Shown: positions 50,143 through 60,912, numbered from the stretch's first letter. The stretch is DNA of 64,000 bases from an uncultured Gammaproteobacteria bacterium (GCA_964344485.1 CAYFNF010000003.1:148467-212466), one strand, 5' to 3'. Made by a program: numbers and translations. The notes: generated by a model from the letters alone, not told the origin.

Positions 50143-51105
50143 CTATTCAGCTAACCATGCGAGCTGGTTATAGTACCCTGGATGCACTTGCTCCATGCAT
50201 GATCCTTCGGTCCGAAGAAAGTGCCGGAGCGCTTCTTTATCGTCTTCTGTTCTGGGAGTATATTCAAAGTGCTGAAAGTGATCTACTTGTCCATTAAAGA
50301 TAAAACTGCGAGCATGACGAAGTAGCTGAAGCGTTTCATCAGATGCTTTCCCATATACTGAAAGTTGTTGCATATACGCTTCAGCGAAATGCTTTGGGAT
50401 CTCTCTTTTTGCTGGGCCTTCACTCCATCGGGGGTTTACTGAACCGATATTCCGCTGCGGTATGGTTTCTGTGCCAAATGAATCATATGGACCAAGATCT
50501 CTATGAGTAATCGGCACAGTGACCCTTGCGTCTCCAACGTGAGAATACGCTAAAGCATGCCCGCGCATTGGCCACATGACGCCAGAATCAACTCCCATTT
50601 GTTGTGTTACGTACGCATAAAACGCTGCTCCAGTATCACACTCTAGAATTGAATACATACCATCTTGGCCGGTAGCGCCTGTTACTGCATCAAATCCATC
50701 TGGGTGTAAGTACTCTATTGTTGCATTTGGTGTTGGACCTCGATCAATATGCTGGTAACCAAAACGCAAGAATCCAGAGCTACGAAATGCTTCGTAGTTC
50801 ATCTTTGCAACCATGTAGGAACGAAAATTCTCTTCAGTCGGTTCTACCTCGTGGTCCTTGCAGAAATTCATAAACTGCTCTTGTTGAATCGGTAACTTCA
50901 TTAACTTCAGCACCTCTTCACGAGCGGCTGCAGTAAAATCACGAATTTCAATGGTCTCGACTGCGTGTTGCTCAGCTGTGCGCATTAATTCTCCAGCAGT
51001 TGCTTTGGGCGCAATTGCAGCAGCGCCAAGAAGCGACCCTGCAAGCTGTAAAAACTTTCTTCTATCCGGACCACTACGGCCGGGTCCTGAATCTCGTCTT
51101 TTCAT
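50143..51105 (-). CDS. Tat-signal secreted protein of unknown function
   Basis: N-terminal RRKFLQLAGSLLGAAAIAP twin-arginine motif; 320 aa. Confidence 0.5.
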   Translation of the reverse strand: MKRRDSGPGRSGPDRRKFLQLAGSLLGAAAIAPKATAGELMRTAEQHAVETIEIRDFTAAAREEVLKLMKLPIQQEQFMNFCKDHEVEPTEENFRSYMVAKMNYEAFRSSGFLRFGYQHIDRGPTPNATIEYLHPDGFDAVTGATGQDGMYSILECDTGAAFYAYVTQQMGVDSGVMWPMRGHALAYSHVGDARVTVPITHRDLGPYDSFGTETIPQRNIGSVNPRWSEGPAKREIPKHFAEAYMQQLSVYGKASDETLQLLRHARSFIFNGQVDHFQHFEYTPRTEDDKEALRHFLRTEGSCMEQVHPGYYNQLAWLAE

Positions 51106-51209
51106 ATAGTGATTTTAACATATTTGGCAAAAAAAATCAAGTCCTACACATAAATCCCCTTTTTTTTGATATAATAGAATCAGTATAAAAAACAATTAAA
51201 TAAAACACT

Positions 51210-52427
51210 ATGGTTGATCGAATCACCAAGGTCACGCGCACTGGGTACGGATCGCGTGTGGGCCAGTCTATTGGCGGCGTTCTTATTGGACTGCTGCTAT
51301 TTGTCGCGTCGTTCGTTGTGCTCTACTGGAACGAAGGCCGGCAAGACATGTCTCTGATTGCAGCAACTGCAACTGAGATTGAAGCAGAGACAGCAAACCA
51401 AGACGCTTCATTGGATGGAACGCTCGTTTCTCTCACCGGAACACTTTCCACCGATGAAACACTTGGCGATGACTTTCTTGTTGCTGGCGACTATATCGCT
51501 GTCAAACGAACTGTCGAGATGTATGCATGGGAAGAGTCCACGTCCAGCGAAACGCACACAGAGACTGGTGGTTCTGAGACAACCGAAACTACATACGAGT
51601 ACGACACAGTATGGACAGAGACACCTGCTGACTCAGATGACTTTGAGTACTCAGGGAGTTACTATAATCCAACTAAGGAGATTGAAAGCGTCACAAAAAC
51701 TGTTACTGACGCAAAAGTAGGTGTATATGCTGTAGATGCAGACGATGCAGAACTGCCAGGTTTTGATGAGGTATCACTTTCAGAAGACAACACGTATATC
51801 CTAGATACAGCTGCTGACCTCTATTGGGAAGATCCGCTATACGACACCTATTATGAATACGGGGATCAAGCACTATCTAGTTCATACATCTACATTGGAT
51901 ACGGCACATTAGATAACCCAACGGTCGGAGACTATCGTATCAGCTACTCCGTGCTACCAGCTGGTGAAGATGTGACGGCATTCGGAGAACTAGATGGAAC
52001 AAAAGTAGCAAGCTACACAGATGAAGACGGTAACACCTTATATCGCTTGTTTGACGGCTCTCGTGAAGAAGCAATTGCAACACTACACACCGAACATGTG
52101 ACTTCTACATGGATCTTACGTGTAGTTGGATTCTTCATGATGTGGATTGGACTCGCAGCTGTGTTTGGGCCAGTAAGCACGGTACTCTCCTTTATTCCAT
52201 TCCTTGGCAAGCTCAGCAAGAGTTTAATCGGGGTAGTAGCATTTGTCGTAGCGCTTGTACTGTCAGTGCTTACCATTGTTATCTCCATGATCCTACACAG
52301 CGTTGTCGCACTGATTATTATCGGTATTCTCGTACTTGCTGGAGTCGTGCTCATTGTTATGGGATATAAGAAAAAGAAAGGTGAAACTCCACCTGCATCC
52401 CCTCCATCTCCGGAGCCTACTCAATAA
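51210..52427 (+). CDS. membrane protein, TMEM43/DUF1625-like (tentative)
   Basis: N-terminal TM with WNEGR motif, large acidic ectodomain, three C-terminal TM helices, Pro-rich tail. Confidence 0.45.
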   Translation: MVDRITKVTRTGYGSRVGQSIGGVLIGLLLFVASFVVLYWNEGRQDMSLIAATATEIEAETANQDASLDGTLVSLTGTLSTDETLGDDFLVAGDYIAVKRTVEMYAWEESTSSETHTETGGSETTETTYEYDTVWTETPADSDDFEYSGSYYNPTKEIESVTKTVTDAKVGVYAVDADDAELPGFDEVSLSEDNTYILDTAADLYWEDPLYDTYYEYGDQALSSSYIYIGYGTLDNPTVGDYRISYSVLPAGEDVTAFGELDGTKVASYTDEDGNTLYRLFDGSREEAIATLHTEHVTSTWILRVVGFFMMWIGLAAVFGPVSTVLSFIPFLGKLSKSLIGVVAFVVALVLSVLTIVISMILHSVVALIIIGILVLAGVVLIVMGYKKKKGETPPASPPSPEPTQ

Positions 52428-52436
52428 ATAGATTCA

Positions 52437-53138
52437 ATGAATTGTACAATTGATCAACAACTGTTTACGCAGTTCCCGTCTTTGAATATCGGCATTCTGG
52501 TTGTGCGTGGAATTGATAATGCTGGTACATCCGAGGAAGTGGCGCAGCTGTTGCGTGAACAAGAAACACGAATTAAAGCACAACATAACCTGGAAACACT
52601 ATCCGAACAGCCCCAGATTCATGCGTGGAGAGAGGCGTATCGATGGTTTGGTGCAAAGCCTAAGAAATATCGATGCTCTGTTGAAAATCTCTATCGCATG
52701 GTGCTAGAAGATGTAGAGCTGCGACACATCAACAAGCTGGTTGATATCTATAATGTCATGTCGCTCAAGCACATGGTACCGGTTGGGGGAGATGACTTGG
52801 ATAAGATTGACGGTGGCTTGACGTTAACCGTGGCAACAGGAGATGAACCGTTTACGCAATTAAACGCCGAAAAAACTACACACCCCAAAGAGGGCGAAGT
52901 GGTCTACAGGGACGACAAAGAAGTGCTCTGCCGCCGATGGAACTGGAGAGAGTGTGATAAATCCAAAATGACAGAACAGACCACGAACGCACTATTAGTT
53001 GTTGAAGCGCTCCCGCCAACAACCGAACAAGACCTTCAAACAGCAATACAAGACCTTCAATCTCTTGCCCAGCAGTACTGCGGTGGTACAAGTGAAATAC
53101 ATATATTAAATAGCGCAACTCCGAGCTGCGCTATTTAA
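52437..53138 (+). CDS. B3/B4 tRNA-binding domain protein (PheT-beta-like stand-alone)
   Basis: 233 aa; pattern IGILVVRGIDN....L.......H..W...Y..FG.KPKKYRCSVE.L resembles B3_4 domain proteins. Confidence 0.5.
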   Translation: MNCTIDQQLFTQFPSLNIGILVVRGIDNAGTSEEVAQLLREQETRIKAQHNLETLSEQPQIHAWREAYRWFGAKPKKYRCSVENLYRMVLEDVELRHINKLVDIYNVMSLKHMVPVGGDDLDKIDGGLTLTVATGDEPFTQLNAEKTTHPKEGEVVYRDDKEVLCRRWNWRECDKSKMTEQTTNALLVVEALPPTTEQDLQTAIQDLQSLAQQYCGGTSEIHILNSATPSCAI

Positions 53139-53161
53139 AGAGAACTTGATATCAGAACTAA

Positions 53162-54031
53162 CTACCGCATCTTCTTGTTCTTTTGCGCACGTAATGCGAG
53201 TATTTCGTCGTACACTTGTTTGCTATACCCTTCTAGATCGTCCTCAGTTCGATACTCAGTAATATGCGGGCTAATAAACGCCTTGTCTTTCTTTAAGTAG
53301 AATCGCTTCGCACCAATAGCGTCCAGTATCACCTGTGTTGGTTCAAGAGTAATCAGCTCCCTCCCCCATTTCATTTTATCTAAGTCATAGATTATTGAGA
53401 GTGCTATCACGATAATTGGCGGGAATGTTAATACAATTGTTTTATACAAGAAGTGCGAGGTGTCCAAGAAAAGCGTTGAAAGAAAAATCACAATTGAGAG
53501 CGCGATCAGGATGAGCCACTCAGTAAAGAATAAACGCTCGCGGTAGAGTGTGTTCATTTTAATAGTAGATTGCGTATAGGTATTATGGCTGATCATCATG
53601 TACTCAAAATACAGCTCGTCTTTCTTTTGATTAATATCTACTAACTCAAACGTTTTAGCTACATCGTTATAGTACGGCTCTTCGAACTGACCTTCATCCC
53701 AAAGAATAGACTCATCAGCAATTGCACTCATCTCCATACGCTTTTTAAACTCTTTCTCAAACTTCGGGTTCTTTAGATAGAAGTATTCTGCACGACGGAC
53801 TAAATTCATACCAGAAGCTGATCGGTCTCCTTGCAGTGAACGGATCTCTGTATAGCGAGTCCAGAGCTCTGAGATAAAAAATCCAACCAGTAATCCAAAT
53901 AGGATACTGGAGATGCTCAGGATTACCCCGATGATTTCAATATCTGCGCTTGGGAACCCAAAACCGAACTTAATAATCGCAATAACAATCATTGTTACAG
54001 CGATAAGTATAATGGTTCTCCAGTTCTTCAT
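53162..54031 (-). CDS. hypothetical polytopic membrane protein
   Basis: 289 aa, 4-5 TM helices. Confidence 0.4.
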   Translation of the reverse strand: MKNWRTIILIAVTMIVIAIIKFGFGFPSADIEIIGVILSISSILFGLLVGFFISELWTRYTEIRSLQGDRSASGMNLVRRAEYFYLKNPKFEKEFKKRMEMSAIADESILWDEGQFEEPYYNDVAKTFELVDINQKKDELYFEYMMISHNTYTQSTIKMNTLYRERLFFTEWLILIALSIVIFLSTLFLDTSHFLYKTIVLTFPPIIVIALSIIYDLDKMKWGRELITLEPTQVILDAIGAKRFYLKKDKAFISPHITEYRTEDDLEGYSKQVYDEILALRAQKNKKMR

Positions 54032-54035
54032 AGTG

Positions 54036-54725
54036 TTATTTGTAATGCTTATTGAGTAGTTTTAGAACTTTCTTTCCAACACGCTTACCAGAGTTCGACT
54101 TCGGATGCCCGTCATACGGATCAGAGACATATTTCCGCTTCATATACCAGTGTTTTGGTCCTGTAAGCTGATAGAATAACCGGAATGAGTCTAAATTATC
54201 ACCGTTGTAATCTGAGATGTAGCGTTTTTTCAACCACTTATCAAACTTCTTTGCGCGCTTGGCGTTTGCTTTGCTGGTCATCTGTCTTGGTAGTGGAGGT
54301 GTAGACCACGGGATAAATAGCACATCTGGATGCGCTTGAAATATATCGTACAGTTTTCGATACTCCTTTTTATACTCGTTCAACTGTGCCTTGGATGAAA
54401 TATCACTATTTGGATAACATGATTTAAACATCAAGACGTCTGGAGTACCAATAATATCCCAAGAATCTGGATCAGAGAGCTGATCATGCCAGTCATTATA
54501 ATCTGTCGCTCCATCCCACCACGGTGCGCGCAGGTCGTATCCGTTGTTTTCTAGCTTGGTTTTCATGCCTCCGTCACGATAGATCTCTCCAGTAGAGTGA
54601 TGGATAAAAAAGACCTCTACATCAGCGGCTTCGCCCGCAAACGGGAAACAAAAAAACGCGCAGGAGATGAGCGTTGTTGTTAATCCAATGCCAATAATTC
54701 TCATATTGTTTGCGTTACTTATCAC
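54036..54725 (-). CDS. secreted hypothetical protein (signal peptide), Lys-rich C-terminus
   Basis: 229 aa, hydrophobic N-terminus LISCAFFCFPFAGEA. Confidence 0.4.
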   Translation of the reverse strand: MISNANNMRIIGIGLTTTLISCAFFCFPFAGEAADVEVFFIHHSTGEIYRDGGMKTKLENNGYDLRAPWWDGATDYNDWHDQLSDPDSWDIIGTPDVLMFKSCYPNSDISSKAQLNEYKKEYRKLYDIFQAHPDVLFIPWSTPPLPRQMTSKANAKRAKKFDKWLKKRYISDYNGDNLDSFRLFYQLTGPKHWYMKRKYVSDPYDGHPKSNSGKRVGKKVLKLLNKHYK

Positions 54726-54937
54726 TTAGTATTATATACTTTTTCCATGCGCAGAACAATGTTTTACTTTTTTAGTACAGCATGTTACAGTGCTCGTATG
54801 ATATTCATCAATGCACAATATACCGCCTGTTCATGTTCTCTTGAGTACGCCTCGAGGGATTTGTGTTTGTGTTAACTAGAACTATCAAACTTCTCCTTGG
54901 GGCTCGGCCCCGTTTTTTAATTAATAAAACAACTACT

Positions 54938-55825
54938 ATGAATACTACACTACTACACACCGTTGGAAATACCCCGCTCATTCAGTTGCACCATATTGTA
55001 CCGAACCCGCGGGTGCGATTACTTGCGAAGCTTGAAGGGCAAAATCCCGGCGGATCAATAAAGGACCGCGTCGCACTGTTTATGGTCGAGCAAGCAGAGT
55101 CGCGGAGGGAGCTACTTACTGGAAAAACCATTATTGAAGCCACGAGTGGAAATATGGGCATTGCGCTAGCACTCGTTGGTGCTCAGAAGAGATATCCTGT
55201 CCACATCGTCATGTCTGAGGGTATGAGCCAAGAACGCAGGAAGATGTTACGTGCTCTGGATGCTAAATTAACATTAACACCCGCTCTTCAAGGGACACAA
55301 GGTGCGATCGAACATGTCCATCAGTTACTTGCTGATGCACCAGATCAATACTGGTTCGCCGACCAATTTAATAATCCGGATAATGCTCGCGCTCACCATG
55401 ATTGGACTGCTGGAGAATTACTCGAGCAGGAGCCTGATATCGATGTACTCATTGCAGGTCTGGGAACTACCGGAACCATGATGGGCATGGCTGAGCGGTT
55501 TAGAACTGACTCGCCACATACGCAGCTCATTGGTGTCGTACCTCCGCCTGGATACGCTGTTCAAGGCCTACAACATCCGGAGCAGGACTTCTCTGGTCGA
55601 CTGTTTGACCGAGAATTACTTGATCAGCAGCTTCAAATCTCCGCGAAAGATGCGTATGAAACCGCACGACTGATTGCCAGAAAAGAAGGGTTATTTGTAG
55701 GCATGAGCTCCGGTGCTGCAATTGCTGCAGCGCTAGAATACAGCAAAACATTGGATTCTGGCACGATTGTGGTTATAATACCTGATAGAGGGGAGAAATA
55801 CTTAAGTACTTCATTATATCAATAA
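54938..55825 (+). CDS. cysK: cysteine synthase (O-acetylserine sulfhydrylase), PLP-dependent
   Basis: NPGGSIKDRVA PLP-lysine motif, SGNMGIALA, about 295 aa from MNTTLLH start. Confidence 0.85.
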   Translation: MNTTLLHTVGNTPLIQLHHIVPNPRVRLLAKLEGQNPGGSIKDRVALFMVEQAESRRELLTGKTIIEATSGNMGIALALVGAQKRYPVHIVMSEGMSQERRKMLRALDAKLTLTPALQGTQGAIEHVHQLLADAPDQYWFADQFNNPDNARAHHDWTAGELLEQEPDIDVLIAGLGTTGTMMGMAERFRTDSPHTQLIGVVPPPGYAVQGLQHPEQDFSGRLFDRELLDQQLQISAKDAYETARLIARKEGLFVGMSSGAAIAAALEYSKTLDSGTIVVIIPDRGEKYLSTSLYQ

Positions 55826-56431
55826 ATGAGCTCTCAATACCAAGATTTATTGAGCGAACTGACGGACTCGCTGTCACCGGAAGAGGCGTTTGTTCGTGTC
55901 TGTACATATGTAAGAGATATTCCATATCAATTCATTGGCAGCCGAGATATCGATAGCATGTTACAAGCAGGTGCTGGAACGTGCAATGCAAAACACATGT
56001 TGCTGCACGAGCTACTGAAAGGGCTGGGATATGAAACAGAGTATGTGATAGATGAGTTCCAGCTGACAGATTTGCTCGCAGGCATAAGCTCTTCTGATCC
56101 TCAGGTAGCACAGCTACGGCAAATGGCTACAGAGATTGAACCGTATTACCATACGTACCTGAAAGTGAAAAAGAATGAGGCCTGGATCTCTTTAGACGTC
56201 TCATTTGATACACCATTAGCTGTATACGGATTTCCTGTCGACCTAGATTGGGATGGAACCAGAGACATGCAATTATTTCACACGCCGCTCAAAACGACTG
56301 CTGTAGAAGGATCGCCGGATGCATTCAAAAAACAATTAGTTCAAAGAGAATCTCCTGAGAACAAAAAAAAGAGAAAAGAGTTCTTTCGTGTATTGAACTC
56401 ATTATTAGAATCATTCAGATCGTCATTATGA
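55826..56431 (+). CDS. transglutaminase-like cysteine-protease-fold protein (tentative)
   Basis: GAGTCNAKHMLLHELLKGLG resembles Cys-containing core of transglutaminase-like superfamily. Confidence 0.4.
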   Translation: MSSQYQDLLSELTDSLSPEEAFVRVCTYVRDIPYQFIGSRDIDSMLQAGAGTCNAKHMLLHELLKGLGYETEYVIDEFQLTDLLAGISSSDPQVAQLRQMATEIEPYYHTYLKVKKNEAWISLDVSFDTPLAVYGFPVDLDWDGTRDMQLFHTPLKTTAVEGSPDAFKKQLVQRESPENKKKRKEFFRVLNSLLESFRSSL

Positions 56432-56970
56432 ACAAAAAAGAAAAAATCGCATTTATTAAGGTCAGTGCATTTCTGATTGCAGTGTTAGTTATAGTATTGG
56501 TTGCCAGCTATGGACTGTTTACTGGGGTGACATTAAAGATCTCAAAACCCGTTTTTTCAGAAGCCCAGAGAGTGCTTAACCCCTCAATAGAGGTTGTAGA
56601 CTCTGCTGACCCAGTCATTAAAGTTGATTCAACAACTGAAACTGATGCAGTAAGTGCGGATATCATTACGGACTTTACTGCGCCTGACAGAAGTACTACA
56701 GAACGGACGTTGCGGACATTTTGGTGGGCAGCTCAGCAAGGTGACACTAAAACAGCGCTCACGTGCGTCGATCAAGACAAAGTATCACAAGGGAGAGATG
56801 GTCGAGATATTCATGAACATATCGACATCATTAAAGATATACCATTTGAAGAGTTCACGGTTGTTACCAGAGAACAAGGGGCATCAGTGCGCCTTCTAAC
56901 GTACTTTATGGACTATGACATGGAACAACAAGAAGATGGTAGTTGGGTCATCGTCTCTATTCATCCGTAA
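56428..56970 (+). CDS. hypothetical membrane-anchored protein
   Basis: N-terminal TM FIKVSAFLIAVLVIVLVASYGLF; 4-nt overlap with upstream gene. Confidence 0.4.
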   Translation: MNKKEKIAFIKVSAFLIAVLVIVLVASYGLFTGVTLKISKPVFSEAQRVLNPSIEVVDSADPVIKVDSTTETDAVSADIITDFTAPDRSTTERTLRTFWWAAQQGDTKTALTCVDQDKVSQGRDGRDIHEHIDIIKDIPFEEFTVVTREQGASVRLLTYFMDYDMEQQEDGSWVIVSIHP

Positions 56971-57028
56971 ATCGTACTAATACGGTTCTCGCCTTTCCAG
57001 AACACGTGTAAACTTTTATAATACGTGT

Positions 57029-59071
57029 ATGTCTGCATCCACACCACTATCACAGTTACACGGAGTCGGGCCTTCAATAATGAAGCGTTTGAAAGTTCTT
57101 GGCATTACCACCACACATGATTTAATGTGGCACTTTCCACGTCAGTATGAGGACCGTTCACTCATGACTGATATTATTGACGTAGAACCGGATAGCAAAG
57201 TGACTATCCACGGCACGATTGAAAAAATACAGTCACGTCAGTCGTGGAAACGTCGTATCAACCTCACTGAAGCAACTGTTACTGATACTACAGGATCTAT
57301 AAAAGCGATCTGGTTTAACCAGCCGTACGTAGCAAACACACTAAAAAAGGGGGATACAGTACAGCTCTCTGGTCAAGTAAAGAAAACCAAGTACGGAACG
57401 TCTCTGCAGAGCCCGGTCTATGAGAAAGTATTTGAAGAAAAAGATACGACGCATACTGGGCGCATTGTTCCAAAGTACTCCCTGACAAAGGGTGTAACGC
57501 AAAAGCAACTTCGGTATTTTATGAAGCAGGCGCTGGAAATAGAACTCCCGGTTGAGGATTACGTCCCTGAAGAGATACTACAGGAGTACGAATTATTTCC
57601 TTTAGCTGATGCACTGCAACATATTCACTTCCCCACTTCTGAGCAGGACTTTCTTCAAGCAAAACAACGATGTGACTTCGACTCACTCTATATCATTCAG
57701 CTCTATGCGCAGCTCCTGCGTCAAGAGTTGCAATCTCAGCAAGCCTCCAGTATCGAGTTCCAGGAACGTGCGATAAAACACTTTGTTGACGAGCTCCCGT
57801 TTACGTTAACCAATGCACAAAAGAAAGCATCATGGGCCATTCTACAGGATGTAGAGAAACAGACCCCGATGAACCGGCTGCTTATTGGAGATGTTGGATC
57901 AGGAAAAACCATAGTGGCAGCGATCGCGATGTTGAATGCAGTTTTAAATGGCGCGCAAGCTGCGCTCATGGCGCCAACAGAGATTCTAGCAAAACAGCAC
58001 TATCAGACACTACAAGAAGTATTTGACACAAAGAACATCACGATTGAATTGCTCACTGGTTCTACAAAAAACGGACCAAAGCAACAACAGCTTGAAGGGT
58101 GTGCGTCTGATATCGTTGTCGGTACACACGCGTTAATTCAAGAGAGCGTCACGTTTAACAATTTAGGTCTAGCTATAGTGGATGAGCAACATCGGTTTGG
58201 GGTAGAACAACGAAAAGCGCTGAAATACCAGTCTGGGGATGAAAAAACTGCGCCGCATCTGCTGTCCATGACCGCCACCCCGATTCCACGAACATTAGCG
58301 CTAGCATTATACGGAGACTTAGACCTCTCTATTATTGATGAACTACCGACAGGTAGAAAGCCAGTCACTACGAATCTTGTTCCCCCAAACAAGCGAGAGG
58401 ATGCATATGGATTTATCCGGGAACACCTCGACCGCGGAGAGCAGTGTTTTGTGGTCTGCCCTCTGATTGATCCTTCGGATACGCTGGAAGTCAAAGCTGT
58501 CACCACAGAGTATGAACACTTGTGCAACGAAGTGTTTCCTGAGTACCAGTTAGAGATTCTACACGGAAAGATTCAGCCACAGGAGAAAGATGATATCATG
58601 CAACGCATGCGTAATAAGGAGATCGACATCTTGGTCTCCACATCTGTTATTGAAGTTGGAGTAGATATTCCGAATGCGACAATTATCGTAATTGAAGGTG
58701 CGGACAGATTTGGATTAGCACAACTACATCAATTCCGTGGTCGAGTCGGTCGTTCTGATACACAGTCATACTGCTTGCTCTTCTCCGAATCAGATAATGA
58801 ACAGACTATTAAACGGCTACAGGTACTGACGAACACCTATGATGGATTCAAGCTTGCAGAACAAGACTTACAGCTGCGTGGAGCTGGAGAGTTCTTTGGT
58901 AAAAATCAGACCGGGTTCTCCCCATTAGCAATGCTTGCGTACCAGCAGCCACAATTACTAAACAGTGCTCGCTCAGCAGCAAAACAAACACTAGCGAAGG
59001 ATTATATCTCTTCCACGCCATTGCTAAAAAAGAAAATCACTGAATTTACAAAAAGCATCCACTTAGAGTGA
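57029..59071 (+). CDS. recG: ATP-dependent DNA helicase RecG
   Basis: Wedge/OB N-terminus, helicase motif I GDVGSGKT, DEQHRFGV motif II, motif VI FRGRVGR. Confidence 0.9.
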   Translation: MSASTPLSQLHGVGPSIMKRLKVLGITTTHDLMWHFPRQYEDRSLMTDIIDVEPDSKVTIHGTIEKIQSRQSWKRRINLTEATVTDTTGSIKAIWFNQPYVANTLKKGDTVQLSGQVKKTKYGTSLQSPVYEKVFEEKDTTHTGRIVPKYSLTKGVTQKQLRYFMKQALEIELPVEDYVPEEILQEYELFPLADALQHIHFPTSEQDFLQAKQRCDFDSLYIIQLYAQLLRQELQSQQASSIEFQERAIKHFVDELPFTLTNAQKKASWAILQDVEKQTPMNRLLIGDVGSGKTIVAAIAMLNAVLNGAQAALMAPTEILAKQHYQTLQEVFDTKNITIELLTGSTKNGPKQQQLEGCASDIVVGTHALIQESVTFNNLGLAIVDEQHRFGVEQRKALKYQSGDEKTAPHLLSMTATPIPRTLALALYGDLDLSIIDELPTGRKPVTTNLVPPNKREDAYGFIREHLDRGEQCFVVCPLIDPSDTLEVKAVTTEYEHLCNEVFPEYQLEILHGKIQPQEKDDIMQRMRNKEIDILVSTSVIEVGVDIPNATIIVIEGADRFGLAQLHQFRGRVGRSDTQSYCLLFSESDNEQTIKRLQVLTNTYDGFKLAEQDLQLRGAGEFFGKNQTGFSPLAMLAYQQPQLLNSARSAAKQTLAKDYISSTPLLKKKITEFTKSIHLE

Positions 59072-59094
59072 ATGCTTTGAATAATACTATACCT

Positions 59095-60081
59095 TTAATA
59101 TGAACAGCCGTGCCCGGTCCATTCGTAGTGCATGTAGTCTTTTACACTGCTCCAATCTCCGCCCCACATAAACCCTTCATTCTTAAACGCATTGATTAAC
59201 CAATCTGGATAGTCACAAGCGTCTGTTCCAGTAGTAGCGTTGTAGTTTGCACACATATCTGAGGAGAATTTCTCAGTGGTGTAACACGACATGGTTTTTT
59301 TACAGTTTGGATTGTTGCTCCAATTCACATCAATAGCAAAGCCGAATGAGTGATTACTGTAACACGAGGGATTGTTTACGTTTTGACGCCAGGCCCATGT
59401 TCCCGTATGACCAAATTCAATATCATATTGAGATGACGGGTGACCGTAATTATATGCAGCTATGGTTGCAAATGCATTTTCAAACGCGAGCTGTGCATCT
59501 TTATGGACTGCAAGTGTTTTTGCATGGTCGTCCACTCCATCATCAACCGTAATGCGCACTAAGTAATTTGTGTCCACGTAATCCTTATCAAATAAATTCT
59601 CATACTTTCCTGCTAGGCAGGTCTGCATACCACTTGTACAGTTGCTAGGATCACCATCTGCCATAAATGACAGTTCTGGTACGTCAATATCTCCATAGAT
59701 AGTAAATGTTGGACTGATCATATTAATGATAGTCCACGAAAGAAGTGCGATAACCAAACCGATCAGTGCATTCGTAATACGATCCTTCCCTTCGGATACT
59801 TTCTCTTTATTTCCAGCTGCTAGCGCCCATTGCGCACCACCAAAGATTATCATCCCTACTGCAACAATCGCGATACCGCTCACCAAGAACTGGTACATTG
59901 CAGCAAGATAGTTTGGCAGATACGGTTCAGTAATATTCTGCAGTACTCCAAGGCCAACTTCTAGTTTGATCACCGCCGCTGAGACTACCATAGGAAACGC
60001 TCCACAAAAAGCCATCACAGTCGTCAGTATTCTCCGCGGAGTGAAGCGAATTGATGATGTGTGTATTGTTTTTCGAGACAT
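59095..60081 (-). CDS. membrane protein: VirB2/TrbC-like signal + two-helix hairpin module fused to C-terminal M15-family peptidoglycan peptidase domain
   Basis: Shared N-module motif IKLEV.LG...Y..FL...IAIVAVGMIIFGGAQWALAAGN.EKV.E.K.RITNAL.GLVIALLSWTI; C-terminal HSFGFAID (HxxGxAxD), FMWGGDWSS, DYMHYEW zinc-peptidase M15 signatures. Confidence 0.6.
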   Translation of the reverse strand: MSRKTIHTSSIRFTPRRILTTVMAFCGAFPMVVSAAVIKLEVGLGVLQNITEPYLPNYLAAMYQFLVSGIAIVAVGMIIFGGAQWALAAGNKEKVSEGKDRITNALIGLVIALLSWTIINMISPTFTIYGDIDVPELSFMADGDPSNCTSGMQTCLAGKYENLFDKDYVDTNYLVRITVDDGVDDHAKTLAVHKDAQLAFENAFATIAAYNYGHPSSQYDIEFGHTGTWAWRQNVNNPSCYSNHSFGFAIDVNWSNNPNCKKTMSCYTTEKFSSDMCANYNATTGTDACDYPDWLINAFKNEGFMWGGDWSSVKDYMHYEWTGHGCSY

Positions 60082-60162
60082 GTAAAATCTCTAATCAAAT
60101 AGTGTCAATACTATTGTACAAGAAAATAGCAAAAAGTCAATCTACAATCCTCCTACACTCCC

Positions 60163-60909
60163 TTATCCCTCTTGCTGAATTTTTTCGATCTCCTGCTCTA
60201 CTAACACGCGCATCTCTTCAATCGTCTTCTCTCCAGTAACAAAAGTATCATTAATGAAGTACGATGGGGCTGAGTCAATCTGCAATGTCTTTGCAATATA
60301 GTATCCTTGTACAACGAGTTGCTTTTTTGATGTACCTGAGACGCACTCAGAAAACGTTTCAGTGTCTAAACCAATATCTTCAGCAATGGAGACCCAAGGA
60401 TTCAGAATAAACTGGTCTTGATCAAAGAATAGGAGATCATGGTACGCCCAAAAAGAATCCTGGTCTTGTGCGCAGCGTGCTGCCATAGCAGCGGTCTCAG
60501 AATTTTCATGTAATCGTGGAATTGGAAAGTCCTTCCACACATGCAAAACATCATTCGGATACTCTTGAACAATCTGCTCTATAATCGGGGACATGCGTTT
60601 ACACGCTTCACATTCAAAATCACCAAATTCAACGATAGTTACTGTTGGGCTCGCTGCGCCGCGCTGCGGATCAGTTGTTAATGGTCTGGGTGTGCTATCA
60701 CTCCCGTCAATTCCAGAGGGTACTTGAGTAATCAGCGGGTCGTACGGCATGGCACTGCCGGAGACCACCTCTCCATTGGTCGCGGTCTCAGTCCCTTGAT
60801 CAATATCTGACGCAGCATGATTTGTTACTGTAGCGCTTGCAACAAATAAAATGGCGATACAAACAGCACCGAGAACAAATATAAGAACTGCGCGGTTTTT
60901 CTTTTCCAT
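60163..60909 (-). CDS. DsbA-like thiol:disulfide oxidoreductase (membrane-anchored thioredoxin fold)
   Basis: N-terminal TM, thioredoxin CEAC active site in FGDFECEACKRMSPI context. Confidence 0.65.
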   Translation of the reverse strand: MEKKNRAVLIFVLGAVCIAILFVASATVTNHAASDIDQGTETATNGEVVSGSAMPYDPLITQVPSGIDGSDSTPRPLTTDPQRGAASPTVTIVEFGDFECEACKRMSPIIEQIVQEYPNDVLHVWKDFPIPRLHENSETAAMAARCAQDQDSFWAYHDLLFFDQDQFILNPWVSIAEDIGLDTETFSECVSGTSKKQLVVQGYYIAKTLQIDSAPSYFINDTFVTGEKTIEEMRVLVEQEIEKIQQEG

Positions 60910-60912
60910 ATG

